Notes under the pieces: model-generated
What the model was told of the DNA's origin: nothing
The model's database searches: none
Seen by the model: the letters and a program-made list of their open reading frames with translations, nothing else
DNA from: a virus
Taxonomy: Duplodnaviria > Caudoviricetes
Reading direction: 5' to 3' (one strand)
Length of the DNA stretch: 42,320 bases
Virus record (IMG/VR): IMGVR_UViG_3300047669_002124
Coordinates: 1-42,320 of that record
In this document: one piece after another, positions 1 through 10,006 of the stretch
Layout of the letters: each line of letters begins with the position of its first letter
Numbering within the stretch: the stretch's first letter is position 1
Program-made: the position numbers and the translations under genes

Positions 1-555
1 ATTAATCGTGTGGATTTTAATATCAATACATTAGAAGGAAAAAGAGAGTTCTTACGTAACTTAATCACGTACTATGTTATATGCGAGGGAATATTCTTCT
101 TTTCCGGTTTTGCCATGCTTCTTTCTTTTAATAGACAGAATAAATTGCCCGGAGTTGGAGAACAAATCCAATACACACTAAGAGACGAAAGCCTACATAT
201 CAAATTTGGTATTAAACTAATAAACAGAATAAGAGAAGACAATCCAAAAATATGGACTAAAGCGTTTGAAAAAGAAACGCTCGATCATATCGACAAAGCT
301 ATGGAGCTTGAACTCGACTATGCCAGAGATGTTTTACCAAATGGTATACTCGGACTTAACTCCGACATGTTTATTGATTATGTTCAATATATAGCTAATC
401 GTAGACTTGAGAGTCTTAGTCTTCCTAGTCAATACGAAGATGTAAAAAATCCGTTCCCGTGGATGAGTGAAATTATCGACCTAGAAAAATGTAAAAACTT
501 TTTTGAGACTCGTGTAACAGAATACGCAGTCGGAAACATAGAGGATGATTTTTGA
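1..555 (+). CDS. nrdB: Ribonucleotide reductase class I beta subunit, C-terminal part (5'-truncated by window edge)
   Basis: Frame is open from base 1. Contains EGIFF, the RDESLH di-iron motif and a C-terminal [10 protein letters not shown] tail. Confidence 0.95.
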   Translation: MNRVDFNINTLEGKREFLRNLITYYVICEGIFFFSGFAMLLSFNRQNKLPGVGEQIQYTLRDESLHIKFGIKLINRIREDNPKIWTKAFEKETLDHIDKAMELELDYARDVLPNGILGLNSDMFIDYVQYIANRRLESLSLPSQYEDVKNPFPWMSEIIDLEKCKNFFETRVTEYAVGNIEDDF

Positions 556-980
556 TGACCCAATTCTTCGAGGTTAAGAAATTAACAGAAACAGCGCACC
601 TGCCAGAAAAGGCACACTCCGAAGACGCCGGATGGGATTTATACGCTGACGAAGATATTGTATTAGATAAATTTGAAACAAAACTAGTATCAACAGGAAT
701 AGCACTAGCCCTTCCTAGCGGCTACGCTGGTTTAATCTGGGATAGATCGTCAATGGGTGTTAAAGGCGTTCATAGACACGCTGGAGTGATTGACTCTGGT
801 TATCGTGGTGAAGTTAAAGTTGCCCTTAAAAATACGCACGACGAAGTATACAGTGTCTCCAAGGGAGATAGAATAGCCCAATTATTAATACAAGAAACTC
901 CCGAATTTATACTACAACAAGTAGATGAACTAAGCGATGCAGTTAGGGGGGCTGATGGATTTGGCTCAACAGGTAAATAA
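555..980 (+). CDS. dut: Trimeric dUTPase
   Basis: All five motifs present: AGWDL, RSS, GVIDSGYRGE, RIAQL, RGADGFGSTG. ATG at 555 overlaps the nrdB TGA. Confidence 0.96.
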   Translation: MTQFFEVKKLTETAHLPEKAHSEDAGWDLYADEDIVLDKFETKLVSTGIALALPSGYAGLIWDRSSMGVKGVHRHAGVIDSGYRGEVKVALKNTHDEVYSVSKGDRIAQLLIQETPEFILQQVDELSDAVRGADGFGSTGK

Positions 981-983
981 TTA

Positions 984-1640
984 ATGAAAAGAAGAAAATC
1001 TTTAAAAGCTAAAACTAAAAATCAAGGACTGTACATGAGTGCAATAGAGTGCAATGATGTCACTCTCTGCACAGGACCTGCCGGTACAGGGAAAACAGCA
1101 GTTTCAGTAGGTCTTGCCTGTGACTACCTGCTTGATGGAAGAGTTGAGAAGATTGTAGTTACTAGACCTGTTATTGAAGCAGGAAGAGGTTTAGGTTTTC
1201 TGCCCGGAACCTTTGAAGAAAAGATACATCCATATCTTATTCCAGTTTTAGAAGAGATGGGAAATAGACTGAACCCCAACAGGGTTCAGGCGTATAGAGA
1301 TGAGGGGAAAATTATAGTATGTCCTTTAGAATACATGAGAGGGCGAAATTTTCATAATTCCTTTATGATATTAGATGAAGCTCAAAATGCTACATTTGAA
1401 CAGCTTAAAATGTTCATAACTAGAATAGGATGGAACTCTAAAGCCGTTATAAATGGAGACATGGATCAAACAGACCTAATGGACATGGAGCAAGGAGGGC
1501 TTGACACATTCTTGTATCGACTAGACGAAATCGAAGGAGTTGGTATTGCGGAACTGACAGAAGATGATATAATTAGGAATAAGATTATTTCAAAAATTTT
1601 AAACGCTCTTCACGACCAACCTGTAAAATATTACGAATAA
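984..1640 (+). CDS. phoH: PhoH-family ATPase
   Basis: Walker A GPAGTGKT, plus LGFLPG, YMRGR, ILDEAQN and GDxxQxD motifs. Confidence 0.95.
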   Translation: MKRRKSLKAKTKNQGLYMSAIECNDVTLCTGPAGTGKTAVSVGLACDYLLDGRVEKIVVTRPVIEAGRGLGFLPGTFEEKIHPYLIPVLEEMGNRLNPNRVQAYRDEGKIIVCPLEYMRGRNFHNSFMILDEAQNATFEQLKMFITRIGWNSKAVINGDMDQTDLMDMEQGGLDTFLYRLDEIEGVGIAELTEDDIIRNKIISKILNALHDQPVKYYE

Positions 1641-2002
1641 TGCCAGATTACGATTACGAATGCCAAGACTGTAGCCATGAATTTGAACAATTTCATGGAT
1701 TTAGTGATACTCCATCTCCTTGCGAAAAGTGCAACAGCAAGAACGTAGAGATTGTAGTTAATAAAGCTCCTGTTGGGTTTGTTAAAGGGGAGCCTAAAAC
1801 TTTAGGTCAGTTAGCCGAAGCCAATACAAAAAACATGGGTCGCTACGAGCTTGATCACCACAAGGAAAAGCAAGAAAAAGGAAATCTTAAAAAGCAAAAA
1901 CCAAAAGATTGGTGGGAAAAATCTGGCAATGCTGACAAGTCTGAAATAAATAAAATGTCTGCTAAACAAAAGGCTAGGTATATTAAAGATGGAAGAAGTT
2001 AA
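1640..2002 (+). CDS. FmdB-family zinc-ribbon protein
   Basis: N-terminal MPxYDYECxxC..F...CxxC pattern. Confidence 0.8.
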   Translation: MPDYDYECQDCSHEFEQFHGFSDTPSPCEKCNSKNVEIVVNKAPVGFVKGEPKTLGQLAEANTKNMGRYELDHHKEKQEKGNLKKQKPKDWWEKSGNADKSEINKMSAKQKARYIKDGRS

Positions 2003-2231
2003 TATAAAATGTGTCGATTGCGAAAAAATAATATTGCAGATGGTTAAGACAAAAGACTCTGAAAACATATTATATCTGATTGTCTCTTGCCCTTTTTGCG
2101 AAGGCGAAAGCTGGAGTACAAGATTAGAAGGCAAGCATTACCAAAAGACCGTTAAAGGAACTAAAATAGACGACCTTGTCGTTGTGGATAACGAAAATAT
2201 TTTAATAAAGGTTATTAAAGATGCCAGATGA
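1989..2231 (+). CDS. Small zinc-ribbon protein
   Basis: CVDC and CPFC pairs. Overlaps both neighbouring genes. Confidence 0.65.
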   Translation: MEEVNIKCVDCEKIILQMVKTKDSENILYLIVSCPFCEGESWSTRLEGKHYQKTVKGTKIDDLVVVDNENILIKVIKDAR

Positions 2232-2541
2232 TATAGAAGAATTCTTAACACCTGATGACACGACTTATATCTTTTACAGTAAAGATGGGAATGTCACAGA
2301 AGATGAAGTAGGAACATCTTGCGCTTATGTAGCCACCACAAAAGGTAAAGAAGGTCTTTATATCAAATCAATGAGAGGCAATTTGTTTGATCCTTTTGGT
2401 ATGGATGAAAGCAAAATCAACTCCATTAGTATAAAATTTTCTAAAGTCAGTAGTGAAACTTTTGATCATTACTTAAAGTACTTGAAAACAAAACAAAACA
2501 ACAGTCTTACATGGGCCGGAAGGAGCTTTTTAAATGACTAG
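2221..2541 (+). CDS. Hypothetical protein
   Basis: 106-aa ORF overlapping both neighbours. No recognised motif. Confidence 0.65.
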   Translation: MPDDIEEFLTPDDTTYIFYSKDGNVTEDEVGTSCAYVATTKGKEGLYIKSMRGNLFDPFGMDESKINSISIKFSKVSSETFDHYLKYLKTKQNNSLTWAGRSFLND

Positions 2542-2857
2542 AAACACCGGAAAACTTACTAAGGTAGAAAAATTCTACATTGAGAACAACACCGATAAAA
2601 ACGTAGAAGAGATCGCAAAAGACTTGAACAGAACAAAAGCCTCCGTGAGCAAGTACTCTAAAACGCTTCCTCCAAATACTGATGTTTCGGAAGCAAAGTC
2701 TAAAGATCCAAACATTACAGACCTAATGGGTCAAAAAAAAGGTAGAGGTGTTACCGTTATGACTTCTGCGGCTTCTGAGTTAAGCGACGAAACTAGAAGC
2801 TCCAGAATATCTCAAAATGATAGACATCAAAATTCTATACATACTATTAAAAAATAA
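2534..2857 (+). CDS. Putative helix-turn-helix DNA-binding protein
   Basis: N-terminal KNVEEIAKDLNRTKASVSKY fits an HTH. Confidence 0.65.
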   Translation: MTRNTGKLTKVEKFYIENNTDKNVEEIAKDLNRTKASVSKYSKTLPPNTDVSEAKSKDPNITDLMGQKKGRGVTVMTSAASELSDETRSSRISQNDRHQNSIHTIKK

Positions 2858-3342
2858 TGAGTATATTTCTATCTAAAGAATTTGACAGTTACATAAACCA
2901 ATACGCAGATTCTAATCCAATATGGATAGCCAAACTGTCCAACGGTGAAACGGTCTATCAAGACGACGGAAGACCTAACGTGCAGCCCGAAAGTGCTTGG
3001 CTAAGAATGAAGCAGTATTGTGAAGAGAATGACTTATACATAGAAAGTATCCAAGTCAGAAACCGATCCCATGTAGAAGATGTTGGATCTGGGCATGATG
3101 GATACTTTTTTTGTAAAGGTGCTGGAGCCTTATTGTTTCAAGACTTAACAGTTCATACGTTTAATATAGGTCATCTTGAAGATGAAAAACTTCACGTAAG
3201 AACTTGGAGACTTCCTGAGTTAATTCCAGAAAGGTTTGAAGAAAGAGATCCTTACGAGGCTTCTCATGAATGTTTGATTACTAAAAAAGGCGCATTGAAT
3301 GACGAAAAATTACAAGCACAAAACAACGGGACAAGAATGTAA
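2857..3342 (+). CDS. Hypothetical protein
   Basis: 161-aa ORF with TAATG coupling to the upstream gene. Confidence 0.7.
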   Translation: MSIFLSKEFDSYINQYADSNPIWIAKLSNGETVYQDDGRPNVQPESAWLRMKQYCEENDLYIESIQVRNRSHVEDVGSGHDGYFFCKGAGALLFQDLTVHTFNIGHLEDEKLHVRTWRLPELIPERFEERDPYEASHECLITKKGALNDEKLQAQNNGTRM

Positions 3343-3724
3343 TGCTGCTCAGTATATTGCTGAAATGGTTTGTCTAAGAGAAGCCGAAAAAAAAAGAGTT
3401 GGTAGACCAGCTTACGCTCTTTGGAATACTGAGTCATGGAAAAAGAAGTTTAAAAGCCAAGTAACGCAAGCTTACAAGTTACTTAAAAAGTATAGCGATA
3501 AAGCTATCATCAACGCCTTAAATTCTTATAAAGGCAAAAGCATATACTCTCTACGAGTGAAGTTTCTTGATCCAGTAATTCAGAACGAACAAAGAAAACT
3601 CGATAAGGTAGACAGTAGAGAAATAAAAGAAGTAGAATACAAAGACAACACTTTGGAAAAACCAAGAAAGCCTTTTGGCAAAAAGGGTAAACTATCTAGA
3701 CTTAAGGATTTAGAAAATGAGTGA
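3299..3724 (+). CDS. Hypothetical basic protein
   Basis: 141-aa Lys-rich ORF overlapping the recA start. Confidence 0.7.
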   Translation: MTKNYKHKTTGQECNAAQYIAEMVCLREAEKKRVGRPAYALWNTESWKKKFKSQVTQAYKLLKKYSDKAIINALNSYKGKSIYSLRVKFLDPVIQNEQRKLDKVDSREIKEVEYKDNTLEKPRKPFGKKGKLSRLKDLENE

Positions 3725-4784
3725 TGCAACACTAAAAACCATTACTAAAAAATATGGAAATATACTAGTTAATGGAGCTGAAGTATTTGAAGAATTACAA
3801 AACATGAAGGTTATACCTGTGAGTCCATCCCTTGACTATGCTCTTGGTGGAGGATTTCGAGAAGGTACTTGGGTTCAGATGATCGGAGACCCAAAGTCTG
3901 GGAAAACAACCACAGCTTTACAATTCGCAGCAAACTGTCAAAAAAAAGAATACGGCGAAAGACCTATATTTTATATTAATGTAGAAGGTAGACTAAGTGT
4001 CAAAAACTTTGAAGGTGTTGAAGGTTTAAAAGCAGACAAAATAACTGTTGTTCAAGCTGACAATGAGACACTAAGCGCCGAACAATATCTTGGGGCTGTG
4101 GAAAAGTTAGTAAAAGCACATCCTAATTGTGTAGTTATTATTGACTCAATATCTAGTTTAATAGCACAGCGAGACTTAGACGAAGAAGTGCGTGGGGATT
4201 ATAGGCCCGGAGTTCCAAGGATTCTATCTAACTTCTGCAAGAAAATGAGTAGTGTAGTTCCTAAACAAAGAGCTATCATTATTATGATTACTCACTTCAT
4301 TGCAAATACTGGAGGCATGGGCAAGAAGAAAGTTGCCGACGGAGGCGTAAAGGTTCGTTATCAAGCAGATACAATATTAGAAATTTCTTGGACTCAAGCA
4401 TGGAAAGAAAAGAATGATGGCCGTCAGATTGGTCAAGCTATGCATTGGAAAGTAGTCACTTCTGCTCTTGGTGGTTTTGTTGGAGCTGAAGCTATTGGAT
4501 GGCTTAGGTATGGAATAGGTATTGATTACAAACAAGAGTTGTTTGATCAGGCAAATGATTTTGATTTGATTTCAGCCGCTGGCGCTTGGTACACTTGTCA
4601 TTTTTTAGTTGATAATACTAAACCAATCAAAAAGCTTTTAGAGTCTGAAGAGATCGACCAAGAAGACGAAGAAAAAATTATCAAGTTTGTTAAGTTCCAA
4701 GGACAACAAAGACTTAAAGATTTTCTTGATAAGAATGAACTTTGGCCAGTTTTGCAAAATTCATTAAAGGAAATGTTGTCTTGA
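3717..4784 (+). CDS. recA: RecA/UvsX-like recombinase (divergent)
   Basis: SLDYALGGG, Walker A GDPKSGKTT, Walker B IIDS, GGVKVRYQA and GAWY motifs. Confidence 0.92.
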   Translation: MSDATLKTITKKYGNILVNGAEVFEELQNMKVIPVSPSLDYALGGGFREGTWVQMIGDPKSGKTTTALQFAANCQKKEYGERPIFYINVEGRLSVKNFEGVEGLKADKITVVQADNETLSAEQYLGAVEKLVKAHPNCVVIIDSISSLIAQRDLDEEVRGDYRPGVPRILSNFCKKMSSVVPKQRAIIIMITHFIANTGGMGKKKVADGGVKVRYQADTILEISWTQAWKEKNDGRQIGQAMHWKVVTSALGGFVGAEAIGWLRYGIGIDYKQELFDQANDFDLISAAGAWYTCHFLVDNTKPIKKLLESEEIDQEDEEKIIKFVKFQGQQRLKDFLDKNELWPVLQNSLKEMLS

Positions 4785-5203
4785 AGGCCATTGGTTTTGA
4801 TGGCCGAGAACGTCCGTGGAAGCTCTCAAAATGTATAGTTTCCGGAGATCAAAAAAGACCTCGAAGTAATTTGCATATTTTAGCAAGAAAGTTACTCCGT
4901 GAGCAGTTTACTTATGATACAATCCTTGAAGAAGTTCCACTGCCGGGATCTCATAAGCCGTCAAGAAAGTCTACTTTATATGTTGATTTTTTTATACCAT
5001 CTCATTCGTTAGCAATAGAAGTTCAAGGGCGGCAACATTTTGAATTTGTTGCTCATTTTCATGGAGACAGGCAGGGCTTTCGAAAATCAAAAGCTAGAGA
5101 TCGAGATAAAGCTAATTGGTTTAAAAAAAACGATATACAACTTATTGCATTAAGTTATTTAGGAAAAGAAGATGACTGGAGACAATCTATTATCAATAGA
5201 TAA
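4781..5203 (+). CDS. DUF559/Vsr-like PD-(D/E)XK endonuclease
   Basis: YVDFFIP...AIEVQGRQH...RDRDKANW pattern. Likely TTG start at 4781 (TTGA overlap with the recA stop, AAAGGA upstream). Confidence 0.78.
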   Translation: MKAIGFDGRERPWKLSKCIVSGDQKRPRSNLHILARKLLREQFTYDTILEEVPLPGSHKPSRKSTLYVDFFIPSHSLAIEVQGRQHFEFVAHFHGDRQGFRKSKARDRDKANWFKKNDIQLIALSYLGKEDDWRQSIINR

Positions 5204-5651
5204 ACTAGACGAGTTTATAGATATTTTGGACAGTTACACATCCAACATTTCTTCTGTAGAGCCAAACCCAGAGGTTGAAAAACTTATCAACCTGTCTAGT
5301 TTTGAATTGAAGTCCTTTACCTCAGAAGAATGCTGCGAGAAAGCATATGTCTTATATGGATATTGCAACTATCTACAAAAAGAATATAACAGACAGTCTG
5401 CTAAATCTAAATGGTGTGAAGAATGCATAAACCATGCAGTGTCTTCAAAGTCTCATAACTTCGATAAGTATACAAAATGGGAAGTTAAAGTTAATTTAGT
5501 CATTAGAGAAGATGACTTTATTCAAAAAGTCTGGAGAGTCAAGAGAGTTGTAGACGGTATAGTCACCTCTTGCTCAGAAACAATTAGGGACATTAGAAAG
5601 CAAGCCGACACCCTAATAGAATTAAGCAGAAGAAAATATAACAGAGGATAA
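5172..5651 (+). CDS. Helical protein, possibly a UvsY-like recombination mediator
   Basis: 159 aa with amphipathic helical character, located in the recA-dnaB block. The ORF is well supported; the function is inference only. Confidence 0.45.
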   Translation: MTGDNLLSIDKLDEFIDILDSYTSNISSVEPNPEVEKLINLSSFELKSFTSEECCEKAYVLYGYCNYLQKEYNRQSAKSKWCEECINHAVSSKSHNFDKYTKWEVKVNLVIREDDFIQKVWRVKRVVDGIVTSCSETIRDIRKQADTLIELSRRKYNRG

Positions 5652-5654
5652 TTT

Positions 5655-6089
5655 ATGTCGCCTTTAGAACTAATCAAAAACGGGATACTAGAAAATGATC
5701 TTGAAAAAGTTATTCAGGGGTATACTCTTCTTACGGGGGAAGAAGTCAGGCCAAACAAAACAAACGACACAACCCCAAGAGAAGCTGAAGAAGTGCAATC
5801 ACAAGTGCCGGTGCGGTCGTCGGACTTAGACTTTACAGTAAAAAGAGACAATGCTACTGTCGGAAAAGGCGGAAGAAAAGAAGCAATACAGGTTGGAGAG
5901 AATCAATTTGTAGACGATGGTTTAGAATCAAAAGGGGAAGAGTTTAAAACGCCAGAAATCAGCTTAACCCCCCGAAGAAAACCAATACAGATGGTTGAAG
6001 TAATTTGCAATTCCTGCGGAAGCAAAGAAGAGGTAAACCCAGCTTATAAAACAGGTAGTTACCATCGTTGCAGTAGATGCGTAGGTTGA
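5655..6089 (+). CDS. Hypothetical protein with C-terminal zinc ribbon
   Basis: CNSC...CSRC at the C-terminus. AGAGGA RBS upstream. Confidence 0.7.
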   Translation: MSPLELIKNGILENDLEKVIQGYTLLTGEEVRPNKTNDTTPREAEEVQSQVPVRSSDLDFTVKRDNATVGKGGRKEAIQVGENQFVDDGLESKGEEFKTPEISLTPRRKPIQMVEVICNSCGSKEEVNPAYKTGSYHRCSRCVG

Positions 6090-6104
6090 TAAACAAGGAA
6101 TAAT

Positions 6105-7598
6105 TTGTACATGTCGGAATTGACTAATACGGTTGCAGAGAAAGCAGTCCTAGCCGGATTAATCCAGTATGGAAAGAATGCTTTTGTTGATGTTGATGGA
6201 TCTATACATGAGGATTCATTTACATTAGAAGAAAATCAAATCACATGGAGTTGTCTTAAGAAGCTATTTGAAGACTCAGATGTGGTTGATTTACCCACTC
6301 TTTATGGAGCAGCCAAGGCAATCAATCTAGACTCCGTATTCATGGAGCGAGTGCCTAAAGATTACTACAAACGGCTGTCTGCCATAAACATAAAACGAGA
6401 GAACATAAAACACCAAGCCTTAAGCCTTGTCAAAATGGACATTGCAAGACAGGTAGACAGAACCGCCTCTCAGATAAAATCTAATATCAGAGAAATTACT
6501 GGCGACGAAACAATAAGTGAAATAATAAGTATTGGAGAGGCTCCGTTTTTTGACTTTTCCAACAATCTAGAAGGACGAGTTGAAAACGATCCTGAAGACA
6601 TCGGGGAAAATATTGATGAATACGTTCAACTATTAATAGACAATCCTAAAGAAATGATGGGTATAAGTACGGGATTTCCCAGATTCGATAAATCCATTGG
6701 AGGTGGATTAAGAAGAGGTAATATTGATTTAATCGGCGCCAGAGCTAAGGCTGGAAAAAGCTTATTTGCTGATAGTGTTGCTTTGCATGTCGCTGGAAAG
6801 CTTGGGATACCAGTTCTAATGCTTGATACAGAAATGTCTAAAGAAGATCATATCCATCGCCTGTTAGCTAACGTCTGCGACATTCCTATCAATGATATTT
6901 CTACTGGTCAATTTGGAAAATCTAACGGCTCACAAGAAAGAATTAAGCAGGGTGTTGAAACCCTGAAAACCCTACCTTATAAATACATCACTATTGCAGG
7001 AACTAGCTTTGATGAAACGCTTTCGATAATGAGAAGATGGTTAAAAAGAGACGTTGGTTATGACGAAAACGGTATTAGTAATCCGTGCTTAGTAATTTAC
7101 GACTACCTTAAGTTGACGAGTTCATCCCAAATGGACAAGATGCAAGAGTTTCAAGCTATTGGTTATCAAATGCAGCAGCTGGTTAATTTTGCGATTAAAG
7201 AGAAAGTACCCTGTTTATCTTTTGTTCAATTAAACCGAGATGGTATAACTCGCGAATCCGAAGATGTGATTAGTGGCTCTGACAGATTGTCATTTTACTG
7301 TAGTAGTCTCACTCTTTTTAAGAGGAAGTCTGAAGAAGAATTAGCAGAAGACGCAGGAGAAAGCGGCAACAGCAAGCTAGTTCCGTTGTTAGCTCGTCAT
7401 GGTGGAGGTCTTTCTGATGACTTTGATTATATTAATATGAATCTAAATGGCGCATACGGAAGAATAGATGAAGGCTTTACTAAATCAGAATATTTATTAG
7501 AAAATAAGCGTCATAAAGAAGGCTTTGATAACGAAGTTGATAATAACGAAGAAGGTTTTGTAGTTGAAGAAGATATTGATCCGGAGAAACCATTTTGA
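6105..7598 (+). CDS. dnaB: Replicative DNA helicase, DnaB family
   Basis: N-terminal AEKAVLAG, GISTGF, Walker A GARAKAGKS, TEMS, IYDYL and QLNR. Start is TTG 6105 or ATG 6111. Confidence 0.95.
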   Translation: MYMSELTNTVAEKAVLAGLIQYGKNAFVDVDGSIHEDSFTLEENQITWSCLKKLFEDSDVVDLPTLYGAAKAINLDSVFMERVPKDYYKRLSAINIKRENIKHQALSLVKMDIARQVDRTASQIKSNIREITGDETISEIISIGEAPFFDFSNNLEGRVENDPEDIGENIDEYVQLLIDNPKEMMGISTGFPRFDKSIGGGLRRGNIDLIGARAKAGKSLFADSVALHVAGKLGIPVLMLDTEMSKEDHIHRLLANVCDIPINDISTGQFGKSNGSQERIKQGVETLKTLPYKYITIAGTSFDETLSIMRRWLKRDVGYDENGISNPCLVIYDYLKLTSSSQMDKMQEFQAIGYQMQQLVNFAIKEKVPCLSFVQLNRDGITRESEDVISGSDRLSFYCSSLTLFKRKSEEELAEDAGESGNSKLVPLLARHGGGLSDDFDYINMNLNGAYGRIDEGFTKSEYLLENKRHKEGFDNEVDNNEEGFVVEEDIDPEKPF

Positions 7599-8701
7599 AA
7601 AAGCTATCTGGAAAAGAATTGAAATTTCTTTCCGACAAAATTGCGTTGAATATAGTGCCTGTCCTTGCTCATTTTGGAATTGAAGTGGAGGTCTCTGATG
7701 ATTCCGTTACTTGCCCATGCCCTGTTCATGGAGGAGATTCTCTAAAAGGATGGAGTATGACCATAGATCGAGACAACGACTATTTAGGAATGTGGACATG
7801 CTGGACTGAACATTGTGAAGAAGAAATAGATAAACTTACTGGCAAAAAGAAGCATGTAAATAATCCAATAGGGCTTATAAGAACCTTATTGGCTAATAAA
7901 TACGGAAAAGACAATGTACCTTTTGGTGAAGCAATTTCCTTCGCTATGAATCTTGTCGAAACAAATTTTGAAGACTTAACAAAAGGTTCTTCCAAAATAG
8001 ACTTCACAAAAAATAGCATGTCTAACACGGAAAGAAACTTTGAAAGAAGAGAGCAAAACAAAAAACTTGGTTCTGCAAAAGAAAAAGTTCGCAAATCTCT
8101 TACTAGACCTGCTAAATACTTTGTAGATAGGGGTTATAGTGAAGAAGTTTTAGAAGCTTTTGACGTAGGCCTGTCTCGTAATCCTAAAGGGGCTATGAGG
8201 CAAAGAATAATAGTTCCTGTTTATGATGATGATGGAGAAATTATGGTCGGCTATCTTGGAAGGTGGCCTTCTGAGGATTATTCTAAATATAAACAACCAA
8301 AATGGAGATTCTCTAAAAAATTCTATTCTGGCGCTTGGCTTTATGGTTATCATCTTGCAAAATCACATATAGAAGAAGCAGGTGTTGTAGTCTTAGTTGA
8401 GGGACAGAGTGATGTATGGAGGCTTTGGGAGGCTGGAATAAAAAACTCTGTTGGAATGTTTGGCTGTAGTATTACTGATACACAATTAAGGATTCTAGAA
8501 ACCTCCGGAGCTAAGAAGATTGCCTTAATATCAGATAACGATAAGGCTGGACAAAAGGCTAGAATATCTATTAGGAAAAAATGTGTGGGTAAACTCGCAG
8601 TAGCGGATATAATGATTGAGTCAAAGGACGTTGGAGAAATGTCTGCTCAAGAAATACAAGCAAAGATAAAGCCTCAAATTGAGAGATTGTACAATGACTA
8701 A
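7595..8701 (+). CDS. dnaG: DNA primase, DnaG type
   Basis: CHC2 zinc finger (CPVH...CWTEHC), RIIVPV and TOPRIM motifs VEGQSD and DNDKAG. TTG start overlaps the dnaB TGA. Confidence 0.92.
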   Translation: MKKLSGKELKFLSDKIALNIVPVLAHFGIEVEVSDDSVTCPCPVHGGDSLKGWSMTIDRDNDYLGMWTCWTEHCEEEIDKLTGKKKHVNNPIGLIRTLLANKYGKDNVPFGEAISFAMNLVETNFEDLTKGSSKIDFTKNSMSNTERNFERREQNKKLGSAKEKVRKSLTRPAKYFVDRGYSEEVLEAFDVGLSRNPKGAMRQRIIVPVYDDDGEIMVGYLGRWPSEDYSKYKQPKWRFSKKFYSGAWLYGYHLAKSHIEEAGVVVLVEGQSDVWRLWEAGIKNSVGMFGCSITDTQLRILETSGAKKIALISDNDKAGQKARISIRKKCVGKLAVADIMIESKDVGEMSAQEIQAKIKPQIERLYND

Positions 8702-9455
8702 GATATTAGGATTTTCTGGAGCAAAGCAAAGCGGCAAAACAACATGCTGCAAATTTATTCATGGCTATCAGTTAAGGTTTAATGATGTTATTAAAAAGTT
8801 CTTCATGGATGAAGATGGATCTTTGTTGATAGATGCTATTCAGATGGACGAACAAGGCAACGAGATAGAAGGCTTAGGCGTTCTTGATATTGAAAGAATG
8901 GATGAAGAGTTTTTGGAATATGCTTCGCAGATTGTATGGCCTCATGTTAGATCTTTTAGTTTTGCAGCCCCGTTAAAGATTATTGCTACTAATCTATTTG
9001 GTTTAGAGCATGCTCAATGCTACGGAAGTGATGAAGACAAGAATAGTCTAACAAAGATTAAATGGGCAGACACTACCGGAGTTGTTAACGCCTCTGAATT
9101 TATGACAGCTAGAGAATTTTTGCAACATTTTGGAACTGATATTTGCAGAGGGATAAAGTCGGATATTTGGACAAGCTCTTGTTTAGACAGGGTTTTGTCC
9201 AGCGGAACTGAATTTGCGATTGTTCCTGATGTTAGATTTCCTAATGAAGTAGAAGCTATACAAAAAGCTGGTGGTAAAGTAATTAGACTAACTAGAAAGC
9301 CTTTTGAAGATAGTCACTCAAGCGAGATATCTCTGGACGAAAAAGATGCCATGTTTGACTACGTGCTAGACAACAGTGAAAAGGGTATTCACGAAACAAA
9401 CACTGCGCTCATGGAAGTTTTAAAGGAGTGGGGATGGCTAACGACAAAATCATAA
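8694..9455 (+). CDS. Deoxynucleoside monophosphate kinase (T4 gp1-like)
   Basis: P-loop GAKQSGKTT, SFAAPLK, TAREFLQHFGTD, DVRFPNE and HSSE. Confidence 0.88.
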   Translation: MTKILGFSGAKQSGKTTCCKFIHGYQLRFNDVIKKFFMDEDGSLLIDAIQMDEQGNEIEGLGVLDIERMDEEFLEYASQIVWPHVRSFSFAAPLKIIATNLFGLEHAQCYGSDEDKNSLTKIKWADTTGVVNASEFMTAREFLQHFGTDICRGIKSDIWTSSCLDRVLSSGTEFAIVPDVRFPNEVEAIQKAGGKVIRLTRKPFEDSHSSEISLDEKDAMFDYVLDNSEKGIHETNTALMEVLKEWGWLTTKS

Positions 9456-10006
9456 GCATCCCGTGGGATGGAAACATGATAGATCGCGCTAGGGCTAAAG
9501 CAAAAAAACTTGGCGAGATAAGAAACTCGATATTAAAAGGTGGCGGTAATGTCGCCGGTTATTTAGGAGAAGAAGCTGTTGCGTCTTATATTGAGGCAAA
9601 GATAACTAGCTGTAACAAAGGATCTGGTAAGTATGACTATGATATCACAGCTAAAGATAGTCGCAAAATAGAAATAAAAACAAAACGAAGAACTGTATAT
9701 CCAAAAGATTATTTTGATGTGTCGGTCGCTAAGACCAGCGTTCATCAAAGACCAGACTTGTACATTTTTGTTAGTATTGAATTCGAAGATATGAAAATGG
9801 CTAACGGCAGGCGTTGCTATTATGGTATCAAAAGTATTTGTATATTAGGACAGGCTAAGCCTGAAGACTTTTTTTCTAGAGCATCGCTTTGGGAACAAGG
9901 CGACATTGATAAACGAAACGGTTTTAAAACACACGTAGATATGTATAACCTGCCCATATCGGAAATAGATCCATTAGATGATAGTTTGTTACCACAGAAG
10001 CAGTAG
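9434..10006 (+). CDS. Putative restriction-endonuclease-fold (PD-(D/E)XK) protein
   Basis: GYLGEEAV...YDYDI...IEIKTK pattern. AAGGAG RBS before ATG 9434. Confidence 0.65.
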   Translation: MANDKIISIPWDGNMIDRARAKAKKLGEIRNSILKGGGNVAGYLGEEAVASYIEAKITSCNKGSGKYDYDITAKDSRKIEIKTKRRTVYPKDYFDVSVAKTSVHQRPDLYIFVSIEFEDMKMANGRRCYYGIKSICILGQAKPEDFFSRASLWEQGDIDKRNGFKTHVDMYNLPISEIDPLDDSLLPQKQ

